DNA from: an uncultured Methanosarcinales archaeon
Lineage (GTDB): Archaea > Nanobdellota > Nanobdellia > Woesearchaeales > ARS49
Reading direction: 5' to 3'
Assembly (NCBI GenBank): GCA_964550175.1
Contig: CAZJXP010000001.1
Span: 248,294-312,293, forward strand
DNA length: 64,000 bases
The notes beneath the pieces are model-generated. The model was given only the letters and a program-made list of their open reading frames with translations, did not search any database and was not told the origin of the DNA. Position 1 is the first letter of the stretch. The number at the start of each line of letters is the position of its first letter. This document shows positions 54,989 through 64,000 of this stretch, in pieces. Made by a program: the position numbers and the translations under genes.

Positions 54989-56737
54989 ATGACCGCGAAG
55001 TGCTGTGAAGTCTCCTGGGAAATCTGCAATAAGGTCGGCGGCATCTACACGGTCGTGTCGTCAAAAGCCCAGCGCATGGTCGAACGCTACGGCGACGGCT
55101 ATGTCGCGATCGGACCGTACTTTCCAACGAAAGTTGTCGGGGCATTCGAGGAAAAAGTTCCGCCTGACGCGTTGAAAGTCTCATTTGACGCACTGAAGCA
55201 GGAAGGCATCGAGTGCCACTACGGCACGTGGCTCATCAAAGGGAATCCGAACACGATTCTCATTGACACGACTCGGTTCGCGAAGCACGCGAACGGCATC
55301 AAGTCATTCCTCTGGGACACGTACAAAATCGACACCTTAGGGACGTCGTGGAACGACGTCGACGAACCCTTGGTATGGGCTTGGGCGGCCGGAAAGCTTG
55401 CGGAAAAGTTAGGCGGGGTCTGCCACTGCCACGAATGGCTCGCGGGCGGGGCGCTGCTGTATTTGAAATCGCATCATGCTTCTGTCGGCACCGTATTCAC
55501 GACGCACGCGACCGTGCTAGGACGCGCGCTTGCGAGCGAAGGCCGGCTTTACGATGTCATGGATTCTGTTGATGCGGATGCCGAAGCCGCCAAATACGGG
55601 CAAGGACTGAAGGCGAAATTCCAAATCGAGAAACAGTCCGCCAAGCACGCGGACGTGTTCACCACCGTGTCCGAAATCACGGGCATCGAAGCCGAGAAGT
55701 TCTTGGGCAGAAAGCCCGATGTTCTTTTGCCGAACGGGCTCGATATGGCGACGTATCCGACGTTCGAGGAAGTCAGCATCCGGCACAAACGCATGAAAGC
55801 AAAATTGTTCGACTTCATCATCGCATCGTTCTTTCCGTCCTACTCATTTGATTTGAACAACACGCTCGTGTACTTTATCGCCGGGCGGGCGGAATTCCAC
55901 GATAAAGGCATCGATATTTTTGTCAAAGCGTTGGGAAGACTGAATGACCAGCTCAAAGCGGAACACAGCGACAAGACCATCGTCGCGTTCTTCTTCGTGC
56001 CAGGCGCCGTCAGAGCGATCAAGCAAGGATTACTGGAAAGCAAGACCTACTACCGCGACCTCAAAGAAACCATCACGGAAGACGTCGACGAGATCGAACA
56101 CAATCTTTTGCAGGCGTTGATATCTGGCCAGCCAATCACCGAACCGCGCGTGTTCAACGAGGAATTACGCGCAGACATGAAGCGCAAATTGCTCCGATTC
56201 AAGCGCAACGGCAACCCGCCCGTGTGCACGCACGAAATGCAGGGAGACGACCAAATCCTTCAGGCATTTTCGAACGCCGGATTGGACAACGACGCGGACG
56301 ACCGCGTCAAAGTTATTTATTATCCCACCTATTTGAATGGAGCGGACGGACTATTAGACATGAACTATTACGACGCGATGCAAGGAGCGCATTTAGGCGT
56401 GTTCCCTTCATATTACGAACCGTGGGGATACACGCCCTTAGAAGCCGGTGCGCTGGGGGTTCCGTCGATTACGACGGATTTAGCTGGCTTCGGACGGTTC
56501 ATCTGCAAAGAATGCACGTTGCCGCAGAACCCGGGCATCTGGGTCCTGAAGCGCTGGAAGCGCACGGATGAACAGGTCGTCGAAGAGCTTACGCAAACGA
56601 TGCACATGTACGCGATACTCCAGAAACATCACAGGATAGCTAACAAGATAGCCGCGAGGCAGATAGCCGACAGGGCCGACTGGAGCTCGTTCATCGAAAG
56701 GTACATCGAAGCGGAAAATAAATCAGTCCAAAAGTAA
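54989..56737 (+). CDS. glycogen synthase, eukaryote-type GT3 family
   Basis: N-terminal EVSWEICNKVGGIYTV is the GT3 glycogen synthase hallmark. 582 aa. Confidence 0.8.
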   Translation: MTAKCCEVSWEICNKVGGIYTVVSSKAQRMVERYGDGYVAIGPYFPTKVVGAFEEKVPPDALKVSFDALKQEGIECHYGTWLIKGNPNTILIDTTRFAKHANGIKSFLWDTYKIDTLGTSWNDVDEPLVWAWAAGKLAEKLGGVCHCHEWLAGGALLYLKSHHASVGTVFTTHATVLGRALASEGRLYDVMDSVDADAEAAKYGQGLKAKFQIEKQSAKHADVFTTVSEITGIEAEKFLGRKPDVLLPNGLDMATYPTFEEVSIRHKRMKAKLFDFIIASFFPSYSFDLNNTLVYFIAGRAEFHDKGIDIFVKALGRLNDQLKAEHSDKTIVAFFFVPGAVRAIKQGLLESKTYYRDLKETITEDVDEIEHNLLQALISGQPITEPRVFNEELRADMKRKLLRFKRNGNPPVCTHEMQGDDQILQAFSNAGLDNDADDRVKVIYYPTYLNGADGLLDMNYYDAMQGAHLGVFPSYYEPWGYTPLEAGALGVPSITTDLAGFGRFICKECTLPQNPGIWVLKRWKRTDEQVVEELTQTMHMYAILQKHHRIANKIAARQIADRADWSSFIERYIEAENKSVQK

Positions 56738-57136
56738 AATGCCCATCGGCGGGACGACATCCACATTCTTCTTGAACTTCCTTAATGTGCCCAAGGCATC
56801 GACGCCGGACGATTCCAATGACGGTCGCTTCGTCTGCGGGCCGGCCGCGAGGACGAACGCCTTCGGAAACTCTTTTGTTAATTCCTGCTCAATCGCAATG
56901 AGCTTGTCGATGATGGTTTCTTCTGCGCCAAGAAGAATGACGGCTTTCGTGTAATCATGCTGGACGAGCGTGCGCATCTGCTCTAGAGGCAATGCGTTCG
57001 CGTTCTTGAACTCGGGCTGGTGCCTCGTCTTCACGACAACCCAGTCGCGCACGTCGATCTTGCTCGCGCTGAGGTCAATCCCTTCCTCAATGCCGTGCTT
57101 CTTCGCCACGGCCATGACGGTGTCGAACTCTGCCAT
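56723..57136 (-). CDS. hypothetical protein
   Basis: 137-aa ORF. Confidence 0.4.
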   Translation of the reverse strand: MAEFDTVMAVAKKHGIEEGIDLSASKIDVRDWVVVKTRHQPEFKNANALPLEQMRTLVQHDYTKAVILLGAEETIIDKLIAIEQELTKEFPKAFVLAAGPQTKRPSLESSGVDALGTLRKFKKNVDVVPPMGILLLD

Positions 57137-57183
57137 ACGATTCCCGTGTGTCAGAGCGTATTTAAAGACTTCGTGATTATCTT

Positions 57184-57636
57184 ATGTCTATGAGTGAGAC
57201 CGAACTATTCTACGAACTGTTCCGATATTCGCACCGTCCTGGAAAGCTGCTCGACACGCTTGCGCAGCCGTTTCCTTCGGCGCACGCCTATGTCGAACGC
57301 ATCACGGACACGCTGAACATCGCGCGCAGCAACGGCGATACGGCGCAGGCGAAGACCATCTGCGCGCTGTGCGACTGCGCGCTTTCTGCGCTTCCTCCGC
57401 GAGACAAGACAACTTCATATGATATCCAATTCAAGAACGTCGTCTCCAAGCGAATCTTGCGCCGAATGTTTGATACGACTCAAGCCTACCTCAACAGCCA
57501 AACAAACGGCAAAGCATCAAAAACGGAATATGACCTGCGCGACATGAACTCATTGCCAGCAATGATGCATCCTGACGTGAAGACATTCATCGAAGTCCAG
57601 GCGAAGCTGCCGCCGAAACAGAAAAAGAAATCCTAA
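57184..57636 (+). CDS. hypothetical protein
   Basis: 150-aa ORF, basic C-terminus. Confidence 0.4.
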   Translation: MSMSETELFYELFRYSHRPGKLLDTLAQPFPSAHAYVERITDTLNIARSNGDTAQAKTICALCDCALSALPPRDKTTSYDIQFKNVVSKRILRRMFDTTQAYLNSQTNGKASKTEYDLRDMNSLPAMMHPDVKTFIEVQAKLPPKQKKKS

Positions 57637-58193
57637 GCCTTGTACGCCCAAATCTTGTCGTGGGCGTTCTCTATCGTTCGCGTTTCGTGAGGGGTTAGCT
57701 TCTCGAAATACTTTCTGATGCCGCGGATGCTGTTGCCGTGCGCGGAGATGAGCACGTTGCAGTCGTATTCTTTGAGTATTCTTAATAGGTCGTGGATGAA
57801 CGGCGTGACCCGGTCGACCACCATCTTCAGCGACTCCCCCTTCGGCGGGGCCGTGTTGTACGAACGGTGATAGATTGCGTAGAGCTTCGGGTTGCGCTTC
57901 TGGAACTCATCCTTGCTCTTGCCGTTGAGTGAACCGTAGTTTCGTTCTCGTAATCTCGCGTCGATGATGATGGGGACTCCTTTGTGGAATTTGAGAATTG
58001 TTTTTGCGGTGTCCAACGCGCGCGTTTGGTCGGACGAGAACGCCAAGTCGATGCGCTTGCTTTTCAGGCGATTAGCGAGCAGATTTGCGGTGCGTCTTCC
58101 TTTCGGGGCGAGCTTCGAGTCGCGCCAGCCCGAGAAGATGTGGTTGATATTGTCGGTTGATTCGCCGTGTCTTACGACATAAATGTTGCTCAT
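57633..58193 (-). CDS. histidine phosphatase superfamily (phosphoglycerate mutase-like)
   Basis: VVRHGESTDN (RHG motif) and a second His in ISAHGNSIRG. Confidence 0.75.
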   Translation of the reverse strand: MSNIYVVRHGESTDNINHIFSGWRDSKLAPKGRRTANLLANRLKSKRIDLAFSSDQTRALDTAKTILKFHKGVPIIIDARLRERNYGSLNGKSKDEFQKRNPKLYAIYHRSYNTAPPKGESLKMVVDRVTPFIHDLLRILKEYDCNVLISAHGNSIRGIRKYFEKLTPHETRTIENAHDKIWAYKA

Positions 58194-59062
58194 CGGAGAA
58201 CCTTGGCAAACTCTCCCGTTACGTCGATGACCGAGGCCTTATTTTCGATCGTGTTCGTGCACTCGACCTTCGCGCCGAGCTTCCTTAGCTTTTGATACGC
58301 GTTCTTCGCGAACACGCCGTGCACGCCGATGCAGGTGATGGATTTGACTTTGAGCTGCTTGAACTGCTTGATGGGCTCGAGCATCGTGTGGCCCGTGCTG
58401 ATGATGTCATCGACCAACACGATGTCTTTGCCCTTCAGCGGGAACGGGGACTTGACGATAATCTTTACTTTTTCAGCGTTGTAGCGCTTCTTTTTCAGCA
58501 CGATGGCCTTTGTTTTCGCCATTTTTGCCACCGAGAGGGCCCACTGGTACGACTCTTCGTCCGGACCGACAACGATCGCGTTCTTGTGCTTTTTTCGGAT
58601 ATGTTCCGCGAGAATCGTGTTGGCCGTGAGCGTGGTCGTTTTTGTGCGGAATATCTCATTGAGATTCTTTATTCGGTGCAAGTGCGGGTCCATCGTGATG
58701 ACGCGGTTGGCTTTGCTCAAAAGTCCCGCGACTATCCGGTTTGAAACGACTTCGCCGCGGTGGAACTCCTTGTCCTGCCTGAGAAACCCCGTATACGGGA
58801 TAACTAACGTGACTTTCTTCGCGCCCTGGACTCTTGCCGAGGCTGTGGCGAACAAGAGCTGCACCAACGCCTCGTCCGGATTGGGCTGCATCGTCTCGAC
58901 GAAAATGAGCTCCTTGCCCTTCAAATCGACCGGATACTTGAGCTTTAATTCACCGTCAGGGAAATGAGAGGCGATCAAAGAAGCGAACGGGGCCTTGATC
59001 TTCTTCGCGAGCTTGCGCCCGAAGGATTCGGACGTAGGCCCGGCGATCACCACCTTTTTCAT
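58190..59062 (-). CDS. prs: ribose-phosphate pyrophosphokinase (PRPP synthetase)
   Basis: MDPHLHRIKNLNEIF and PRPP-binding VLVDDIISTGHTM. Confidence 0.9.
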   Translation of the reverse strand: MKKVVIAGPTSESFGRKLAKKIKAPFASLIASHFPDGELKLKYPVDLKGKELIFVETMQPNPDEALVQLLFATASARVQGAKKVTLVIPYTGFLRQDKEFHRGEVVSNRIVAGLLSKANRVITMDPHLHRIKNLNEIFRTKTTTLTANTILAEHIRKKHKNAIVVGPDEESYQWALSVAKMAKTKAIVLKKKRYNAEKVKIIVKSPFPLKGKDIVLVDDIISTGHTMLEPIKQFKQLKVKSITCIGVHGVFAKNAYQKLRKLGAKVECTNTIENKASVIDVTGEFAKVLR

Positions 59063-59162
59063 AGTGTTCCTTGATGAGCGAATGTTTTTAAATGCATCGA
59101 TGAACGTAAGTTATAACTCTCAGGGCTCACGCAATAACGGCCGGGGCCAGCAACGAAAAAAG

Positions 59163-60413
59163 ATGGTAAAGATATCTAACGCAAAATCACTTTCCTCCTC
59201 TCCTGCCACGAAGGCGTGCGTCGAAATTCTTAATGCCGCCCTTGACGCAGTCAATCCTGAGAAGGCGCTGGCCGAGAAAGTCAGAGTATTGGGCGACACG
59301 CTGCACGTTGATGACAAGCGCTACGATTTGACGCGGTACAAGCGACTCTTTGTCGTTGGCGCGGGAAAAGCGTCTGGCACGATGGCCGCGCTGCTCGAAA
59401 AGATGCTCGGCAACCGGATAACGAAAGGAATGCTGATTGATATTACGCCGCTAAAATTAAAACACATCACGGTTGTCGCAGGCGACCATCCGGTCGTTTC
59501 GTTGAATAACGTCAATTACACGAAAAAGATTCTTCAAATTACAAAAGACATGAACGTCAACGACTTGGTCCTCTGCGTCTTTTCCGGCGGTGGCTCGGCG
59601 TTATTTTCCGATCCTCGCATTCCGCTGGCAAAATATCAGGAGTTGAGCAAATCGTTATTACGTTCGGGCGCGACCATTCAGGAATTTAACACGGTGCGTA
59701 AGCACCTCGATTCCGTGAAGGGCGGACGGTTTGCGTCGCATTTGTTCCCGGCGACGGTCGTCACGCTGATGATCTCTGACGTGCCGGGCAACGACCCGTC
59801 GTTCATCGCGTCCGGACCGACGGTGCATGATTCGACGACAGTGAAGGATTCGCAACGTATCCTCGCAAAGTACGGACTTCCTCAGCCTGCATTTTCCGAA
59901 ACCCCGAAAGAGACGTTCTCAAAAGTACAAAATTTGATTTTCCTTGACAACGGCAACGCCATCCGGGCGATGGCGAAGAAAGCCGAAGAGCTTCATTTGA
60001 CGCCGGTTATCATCGGCGATCGATTGTCCGGCGAAGCGCGCGAGATGGGCATCACGCTGCTGCACAAGCTCGGCAAAAAGACCGCCGTCATCGGCGCGGG
60101 CGAAACTACTGTTACGGTTAAAGGAAAAGGAAAAGGCGGACGCAACCAAGAATTAGTCTTGGGTAGCGTCATCGCATTATCTGAAATGAAAAACACGGCA
60201 TTAGCTTCGATGGGAACGGACGGCCGGGACAACTCCGACGTCGCGGGCGCGATCGCCGACGAAAAAACATTATTCCTGGTGAAAAATCTCGACGTGAAAA
60301 CGTTCTTGAACGCGAACAACTCCTACGAGTACTGGAAGAAAACGAAACGGCACATCAAGACCGGACCGACGGGAACGAACGTCTCGGATGTCATGCTCGC
60401 AGTCCGACTTTAA
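59163..60413 (+). CDS. glycerate 2-kinase, MOFRL family
   Basis: VLCVFSGGGSALF and GTDGRDN motifs. Start placed at the ATG at 59163 (MVKISNAK); the upstream part of the ORF lacks signals. Confidence 0.8.
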   Translation: MVKISNAKSLSSSPATKACVEILNAALDAVNPEKALAEKVRVLGDTLHVDDKRYDLTRYKRLFVVGAGKASGTMAALLEKMLGNRITKGMLIDITPLKLKHITVVAGDHPVVSLNNVNYTKKILQITKDMNVNDLVLCVFSGGGSALFSDPRIPLAKYQELSKSLLRSGATIQEFNTVRKHLDSVKGGRFASHLFPATVVTLMISDVPGNDPSFIASGPTVHDSTTVKDSQRILAKYGLPQPAFSETPKETFSKVQNLIFLDNGNAIRAMAKKAEELHLTPVIIGDRLSGEAREMGITLLHKLGKKTAVIGAGETTVTVKGKGKGGRNQELVLGSVIALSEMKNTALASMGTDGRDNSDVAGAIADEKTLFLVKNLDVKTFLNANNSYEYWKKTKRHIKTGPTGTNVSDVMLAVRL

Positions 60414-60499
60414 TTTCTCAAAATGATTGTTCTTGTTTTCTCGACGACAGAAAAAATAGTTCACAACATTTATATGGTTAGACGACGTATGCTTGAGTA

Positions 60500-60685
60500 C
60501 AGGTAGATGGTGCCAATACACAAAATAGGTGAAGCACCTCAAGACCGACACCATCACGCCTGAGAAGAGCGACAGAAAGAAACAGCCGAAATAGCTAGAG
60601 TAGGAAGCGGGCTGATGGTGCCTCTACACAAACGAGGTGATGGCCAACCGAGATTGACACCATCGGCCATATTTTTATTTTTCTT
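60500..60685 (+). ncRNA. candidate structured small RNA: two tandem 50-nt hairpin modules (GATGGTGCC..ACACAAA..AGGTGA..GACACCATC) between a TATA-like box and an oligo-T tract
   Basis: Modules at 60506-60555 and 60614-60664 share four conserved blocks and 7-bp closing stems. tttatat lies at 60470-60476 and atttttatttttc at 60671-60683. The location is a convergent intergenic region. Confidence 0.3.
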
Positions 60686-60704
60686 AGAGAACATTACTCT
60701 TGAA

Positions 60705-61604
60705 CTAGACTTCAGCATCATCGCAGCTGATTCTTCCGCCATCGAGATCGTAGCTCATCTTAAGCCAGCTCAACCGCAGGCTCTTCGCCAGTTCGCAGAA
60801 ATCTTCAGTTTCGAGCTCGTATTCGACGCCGAAAACCGCTTTCTCGTTTTCTATAAACGGCAAAACTCTCTCGCATTCATCGTACTCGAAACATTGCTCG
60901 TTGACGGCGAAATCGAAGTGGTCGACTAACTCAGGAATCTGGTCCAAATCATTTTTCAGGCCGATGGACAATTTCCGTTTGTGCGCCTCATCGGCCAGCC
61001 ATTTGTTGTACGCCAACTGGGCTTGCGCCGTCAAGGAAAAACCGTTATCGTTCAGATACCCGTCAACATTGTCAGGTTCTACTCCGTCGCAGCCTTTTTC
61101 AACGGCCAAATCAAATCTTTTTCGCATAATAGGCGCGAGCAAGTCTATTCTTGACACATCAAGCCATTTCTCATCTTCCCAGCCTTCCAACGTATTGCCC
61201 AAAACCTCTTGTGGAAACTCAGCCTCGTCGGCTCTCCAGTCTTCGTAGCTTCCGGCGCTGAAGTAGCAGATGACCTTGATTTCTTTGCGCTGCAATTCTT
61301 TGATATCCTCTTTCGACGCATCAAACAAGTCGATATCATACATATCGACCGGATAATTCAAGTTAAGATCTCCCGCAAGTTGCCATTGCCAAGACGTTTT
61401 CGGAGCAGGTTTCCACCACGTAGTTTCGAGCGGGACAAAAGAGGACGTAACTTGTTCTACCACTGGCGTCGCATTTTGTTCTGACGTGCTGTTGACCACA
61501 ATCTCAGGAGCGGGCGGTGCTGCGATGAGCGGTTCTGCTTTTTCTTGAACGCAGCCGCTGACAAGAAGAAGCCCGATTAATACTTGCCAGAGTTTCATTT
61601 CCAA
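60705..61604 (-). CDS. glycoside hydrolase family 114-like (endo-alpha-1,4-polygalactosaminidase family) lipoprotein
   Basis: VICYFSAGSYEDWR and DGVEPDNVDGY TIM-barrel motifs. Lipobox LLLVSGC. Confidence 0.65.
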   Translation of the reverse strand: MEMKLWQVLIGLLLVSGCVQEKAEPLIAAPPAPEIVVNSTSEQNATPVVEQVTSSFVPLETTWWKPAPKTSWQWQLAGDLNLNYPVDMYDIDLFDASKEDIKELQRKEIKVICYFSAGSYEDWRADEAEFPQEVLGNTLEGWEDEKWLDVSRIDLLAPIMRKRFDLAVEKGCDGVEPDNVDGYLNDNGFSLTAQAQLAYNKWLADEAHKRKLSIGLKNDLDQIPELVDHFDFAVNEQCFEYDECERVLPFIENEKAVFGVEYELETEDFCELAKSLRLSWLKMSYDLDGGRISCDDAEV

Positions 61605-62887
61605 CAGTACCTATCACACACTTTCGCCTTTGAACCGAGCTTCTCTTCGATCCTGAGGAGCTGGTTGTACTTGCTCGTGCGTTCTCCTCGCGCGGGAGCG
61701 CCGGCCTTGATCTGCTGATGCCCCAATCCGACGGCTAAGTCGGAAATGAAGTGGTCCTCGGTTTCGCCGCTTCTATGCGAGACCATGACGTTCCAATTCG
61801 AGTTTGACGCAAGCTTTGCGGCGTCTAACGCTTCGGTCAATGTGCCAATCTGGTTGATTTTGAGCAGAAGACAGTTGGCTGATTTTGATTTAATGGCTTG
61901 CCTTATCCTGTGGACGTTCGTGACTGTTAAATCGTCTCCGACAATTTGGGCTTTGCCCTTGAACTTTTTTGTTAATGTTGCGAAGTCGGCGAAGGCCTCC
62001 TGGTGGAACGGGTCCTCGATGCTGATGATTGGATATTTTTTAACAAGCGCTTGGTAGACGTCGCTTAGTTCTCCTGCTGAAAGCGTCTTTCCGCGAACAA
62101 GATAGCGTCCGTTTTTGAAAAACTCTGAGGCTGCGACGTCGATGGCGAACTTGACCTGCTTGTCGTAGCCTAAACTTTCGACGGCTTCGGACAGAAGCTC
62201 CAGCGGCTCCTCGATGAGCTCGCACACCTTCGTCCCGCCGCCATCGCAGTGCGGGGTAAAACCTCCTTCGTCGCCGACATTCGCGGCTTCCTTGCCGTAT
62301 CTTTTGATGAGTAGTTCCCTGAGCGCATGGTAGGTTTCGGTGCCAATTCGCAACGATTCGGCGAACGTCTTTCCAAAAGGCACGATCATGAACTCCTGGA
62401 ATTCAATGTTTGTTCCGGCGTGGCGGCCGCCGTTGATGACGTTCATGAACGGCGCTGGCAAGACAAATTTCTTGTTGTTTGCCAAAGAACCGAGATACTC
62501 GTACCTGTGGGTGTTGCTTGTTACGGCGGCTGCTTTCGCGCACGCCAAAGAAACGCCCATAATCGCGTTCGCGCCTAATACTGATTTATTCGCCGTGCCG
62601 TCAAGGTCAATCATCACTTCGTCGATCTGGCGCTGATGCCTGACGTCCATTCCGATTAAGCGCGATGCGATTGCGCGGTTGACGTTTCTGACGGCATTGA
62701 GCACGCCTTTGCCTTGATAACGTTTGCCGCCATCCCTGAGCTCAAGAGCTTCGTGGATTCCCGTTGACGCGCCCGAGGGGACCATTTCTCGTCCAAATCC
62801 GTTCGAGGTGTGGACGTCGACCTCGACCGTAGGGTTGCCTCTGCTGTCAAGAACTTCCCTCGCAAGAACTTTCGTTATCGTGAACAT
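61595..62887 (-). CDS. eno: enolase (phosphopyruvate hydratase)
   Basis: ITKVLAREVLDSRGNPTVEV ... SHRSGETED, full-length 430 aa. Confidence 0.95.
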   Translation of the reverse strand: MFTITKVLAREVLDSRGNPTVEVDVHTSNGFGREMVPSGASTGIHEALELRDGGKRYQGKGVLNAVRNVNRAIASRLIGMDVRHQRQIDEVMIDLDGTANKSVLGANAIMGVSLACAKAAAVTSNTHRYEYLGSLANNKKFVLPAPFMNVINGGRHAGTNIEFQEFMIVPFGKTFAESLRIGTETYHALRELLIKRYGKEAANVGDEGGFTPHCDGGGTKVCELIEEPLELLSEAVESLGYDKQVKFAIDVAASEFFKNGRYLVRGKTLSAGELSDVYQALVKKYPIISIEDPFHQEAFADFATLTKKFKGKAQIVGDDLTVTNVHRIRQAIKSKSANCLLLKINQIGTLTEALDAAKLASNSNWNVMVSHRSGETEDHFISDLAVGLGHQQIKAGAPARGERTSKYNQLLRIEEKLGSKAKVCDRYCWK

Positions 62888-62909
62888 TCGCGGCCTCTTT
62901 TGAGGCTGA

Positions 62910-63170
62910 TTAAGAAGACGGGCTTTTTAAGCTTGCCGAACGGATAGCGTTGCGCAATGCGCGATGGTACTTGCCGAGCTCCTCAACGACGGCGAGCGGC
63001 TTTCCGTTCTCGTACGAAAACTTGTTCGTGTACTCGCGCCAGTGTTCCGCGGGCCAGACGATATTGCCATGGACGACCTCGATGAACCTCAGTTCAGGAT
63101 GGTTTCTATCTACGAGCTGTAGCTCCATGTGCGCACGCTTGACGAGCTCTTCGACCGGTTCCATGCTCAA
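62910..63170 (-). CDS. hypothetical protein
   Basis: 86-aa ORF. Confidence 0.4.
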   Translation of the reverse strand: MSMEPVEELVKRAHMELQLVDRNHPELRFIEVVHGNIVWPAEHWREYTNKFSYENGKPLAVVEELGKYHRALRNAIRSASLKSPSS

Positions 63171-63223
63171 TTCGGAATAAAAACCCCTTTTAAATGTTGC
63201 GGATGGGAATTTGCTGGCACCGC

Positions 63224-63315
63224 GTTACTTTTTACCGCCCAGTTTTGTTCCGTTACGGCATCAATTCTGAATACACTCGAGCTCACGGTACGACCAATAT
63301 CGCCGGTAAAAAGTG
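63224..63315. repeat. complete MITE-like repeat copy (GTTACTTTTTACCGCCCAG ... CGACCAATATCGCCGGTAAAAAGTG)
   Basis: 13-bp terminal inverted motif. The 24-mer is identical to 2469-2492. Internal hairpin CCGTtaACGG. Confidence 0.6.
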
Positions 63316-63340
63316 CGACGCAGAAAAGAGCTACCTGGGC

Positions 63341-64000
63341 TCATGCAATAACATTTTGCTCTTCCGCAACAACCTCTTCCGGTGGCTTCATGAACTCGAA
63401 TTTCAATTGGCCTGTGCGTTTCCTTTTTTTCACGGGCTTTTCTATGCCGTCGTACAAATCGACGTCCGCGTCCGGGTTGAACGTAGGCTTCGCCATCGAG
63501 AACATCTCGTTCTGGAAGAGCCCTGGAATGAACGACTCTTTCTTCTGCTCGTAGCGCTCGTCGCACGGCTTTCTAACTAGGCAATATGAGCAATGAGCGG
63601 CGATGTCCTCCTCGAAGATGCCCGAACGGATCTTTTGCTCGGCGTCGGCAATCTTGTCAAGCAAATCGAAGAAATCCTCCTTCGTTCGTCTTGGAGCGTA
63701 GATGACCTCGGCCTTTCGTTCTTCTCCCTCGTGCGGGTTTTTAGCCGTTCTTCGCCAAGTAGGAAGATAATGGTGCTCGAGTTTTATTTTTTCCATCAAC
63801 GAAAATGAATCGTGACGTAATTCGTTGATATCGTCGTCATTTGCGCCGATTGTTCTTGCGAATTTTTCATCCTGTGCTGCCTTCATACTCACAATTGCGG
63901 AGTACATCGTGAACTGCTCGTCCTTGGCGAGCTCTGCTTCGGTTATCCTCTTTTCTCTTGACTTGTGGTCGCGAATCGTGAGCGGAAACCTGATTTCGTC
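63341..64000 (-). CDS. PD-(D/E)XK nuclease, Cas4/RecB-like (C-terminal part; gene continues past the window end)
   Basis: The frame stays open from 63907 to 64000. Motifs LTIRDHKS (hhDYK-like), QFTMY (QhxxY) and the Cys cluster CSYCLVRKPC. Confidence 0.45.
   Translation of the reverse strand, partial: DEIRFPLTIRDHKSREKRITEAELAKDEQFTMYSAIVSMKAAQDEKFARTIGANDDDINELRHDSFSLMEKIKLEHHYLPTWRRTAKNPHEGEERKAEVIYAPRRTKEDFFDLLDKIADAEQKIRSGIFEEDIAAHCSYCLVRKPCDERYEQKKESFIPGLFQNEMFSMAKPTFNPDADVDLYDGIEKPVKKRKRTGQLKFEFMKPPEEVVAEEQNVIA

Noticed and set aside
60414-60704. Possible mini-CRISPR array
   Set aside because: There are only two imperfect repeats, each internally palindromic, with unequal spacers and no leader or cas context. 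They are better explained as a structured sRNA.

Overview
This 64 kb window looks like an archaeal chromosome segment, probably from a small-genome lineage that has acquired bacterial-type genes. Archaeal markers include aIF-1A, Dph2, a TrmB regulator, TATA-box promoters and surface proteins with C-terminal TM anchors. Coding density is high, with about 80 CDS, and operons overlap by 1-4 nt. No rRNA, tRNA, CRISPR array or integrase was found.

Functional themes:
- Glycogen and alpha-glucan metabolism: GT5 GlgA-type glycogen synthase, GH57, GDE-type debranching enzyme, GalT-like enzyme, TrmB, a second eukaryote-type GT3 glycogen synthase, and GH114.
- Nucleotide metabolism: an nrdR-nrdJ (class II B12 RNR) - PduO adenosyltransferase cluster, PRPP synthase, and a catalytically degenerate RNR paralog.
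- Central carbon metabolism: enolase, glycerate kinase, histidine phosphatase.
- Oxidative stress and iron: SOD, ferredoxin, VIT/CCC1.
- DNA repair: Ogg and Nth.
- Bacterial-type lipoprotein signal peptidase LspA with at least five lipobox proteins.
- Two adjacent toxin-antitoxin pairs (HEPN/MNT and AbrB/RelE) and an orphan HicB.
- A P-type Ca-ATPase, SppA, and a subtilase.

Things worth a second look:
- A family of about 100 bp MITE-like interspersed repeats (TIR ACTTTTTACCGSC ... GSCGGTAAAAAGT) in at least 8 copies. Two copies sit in frame inside apparent ORFs.
- A visibly AT-rich roughly 4.8 kb island (GT2, GT4, unknown 427-aa protein, APH-like kinase, S51 peptidase).
- Three tandem paralogous small genes sharing a novel domain directly downstream of glgA-GH57.
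- A candidate structured ncRNA made of two tandem hairpin modules in a convergent intergenic region.
- A 1040-aa cysteine-rich surface protein with repeated DxDExGVDCGGxCxxC modules.
- Truncated Hel308-like helicase and Dph2 genes.

All calls rest on reading the sequence and ORF translations by eye. No database search was run.
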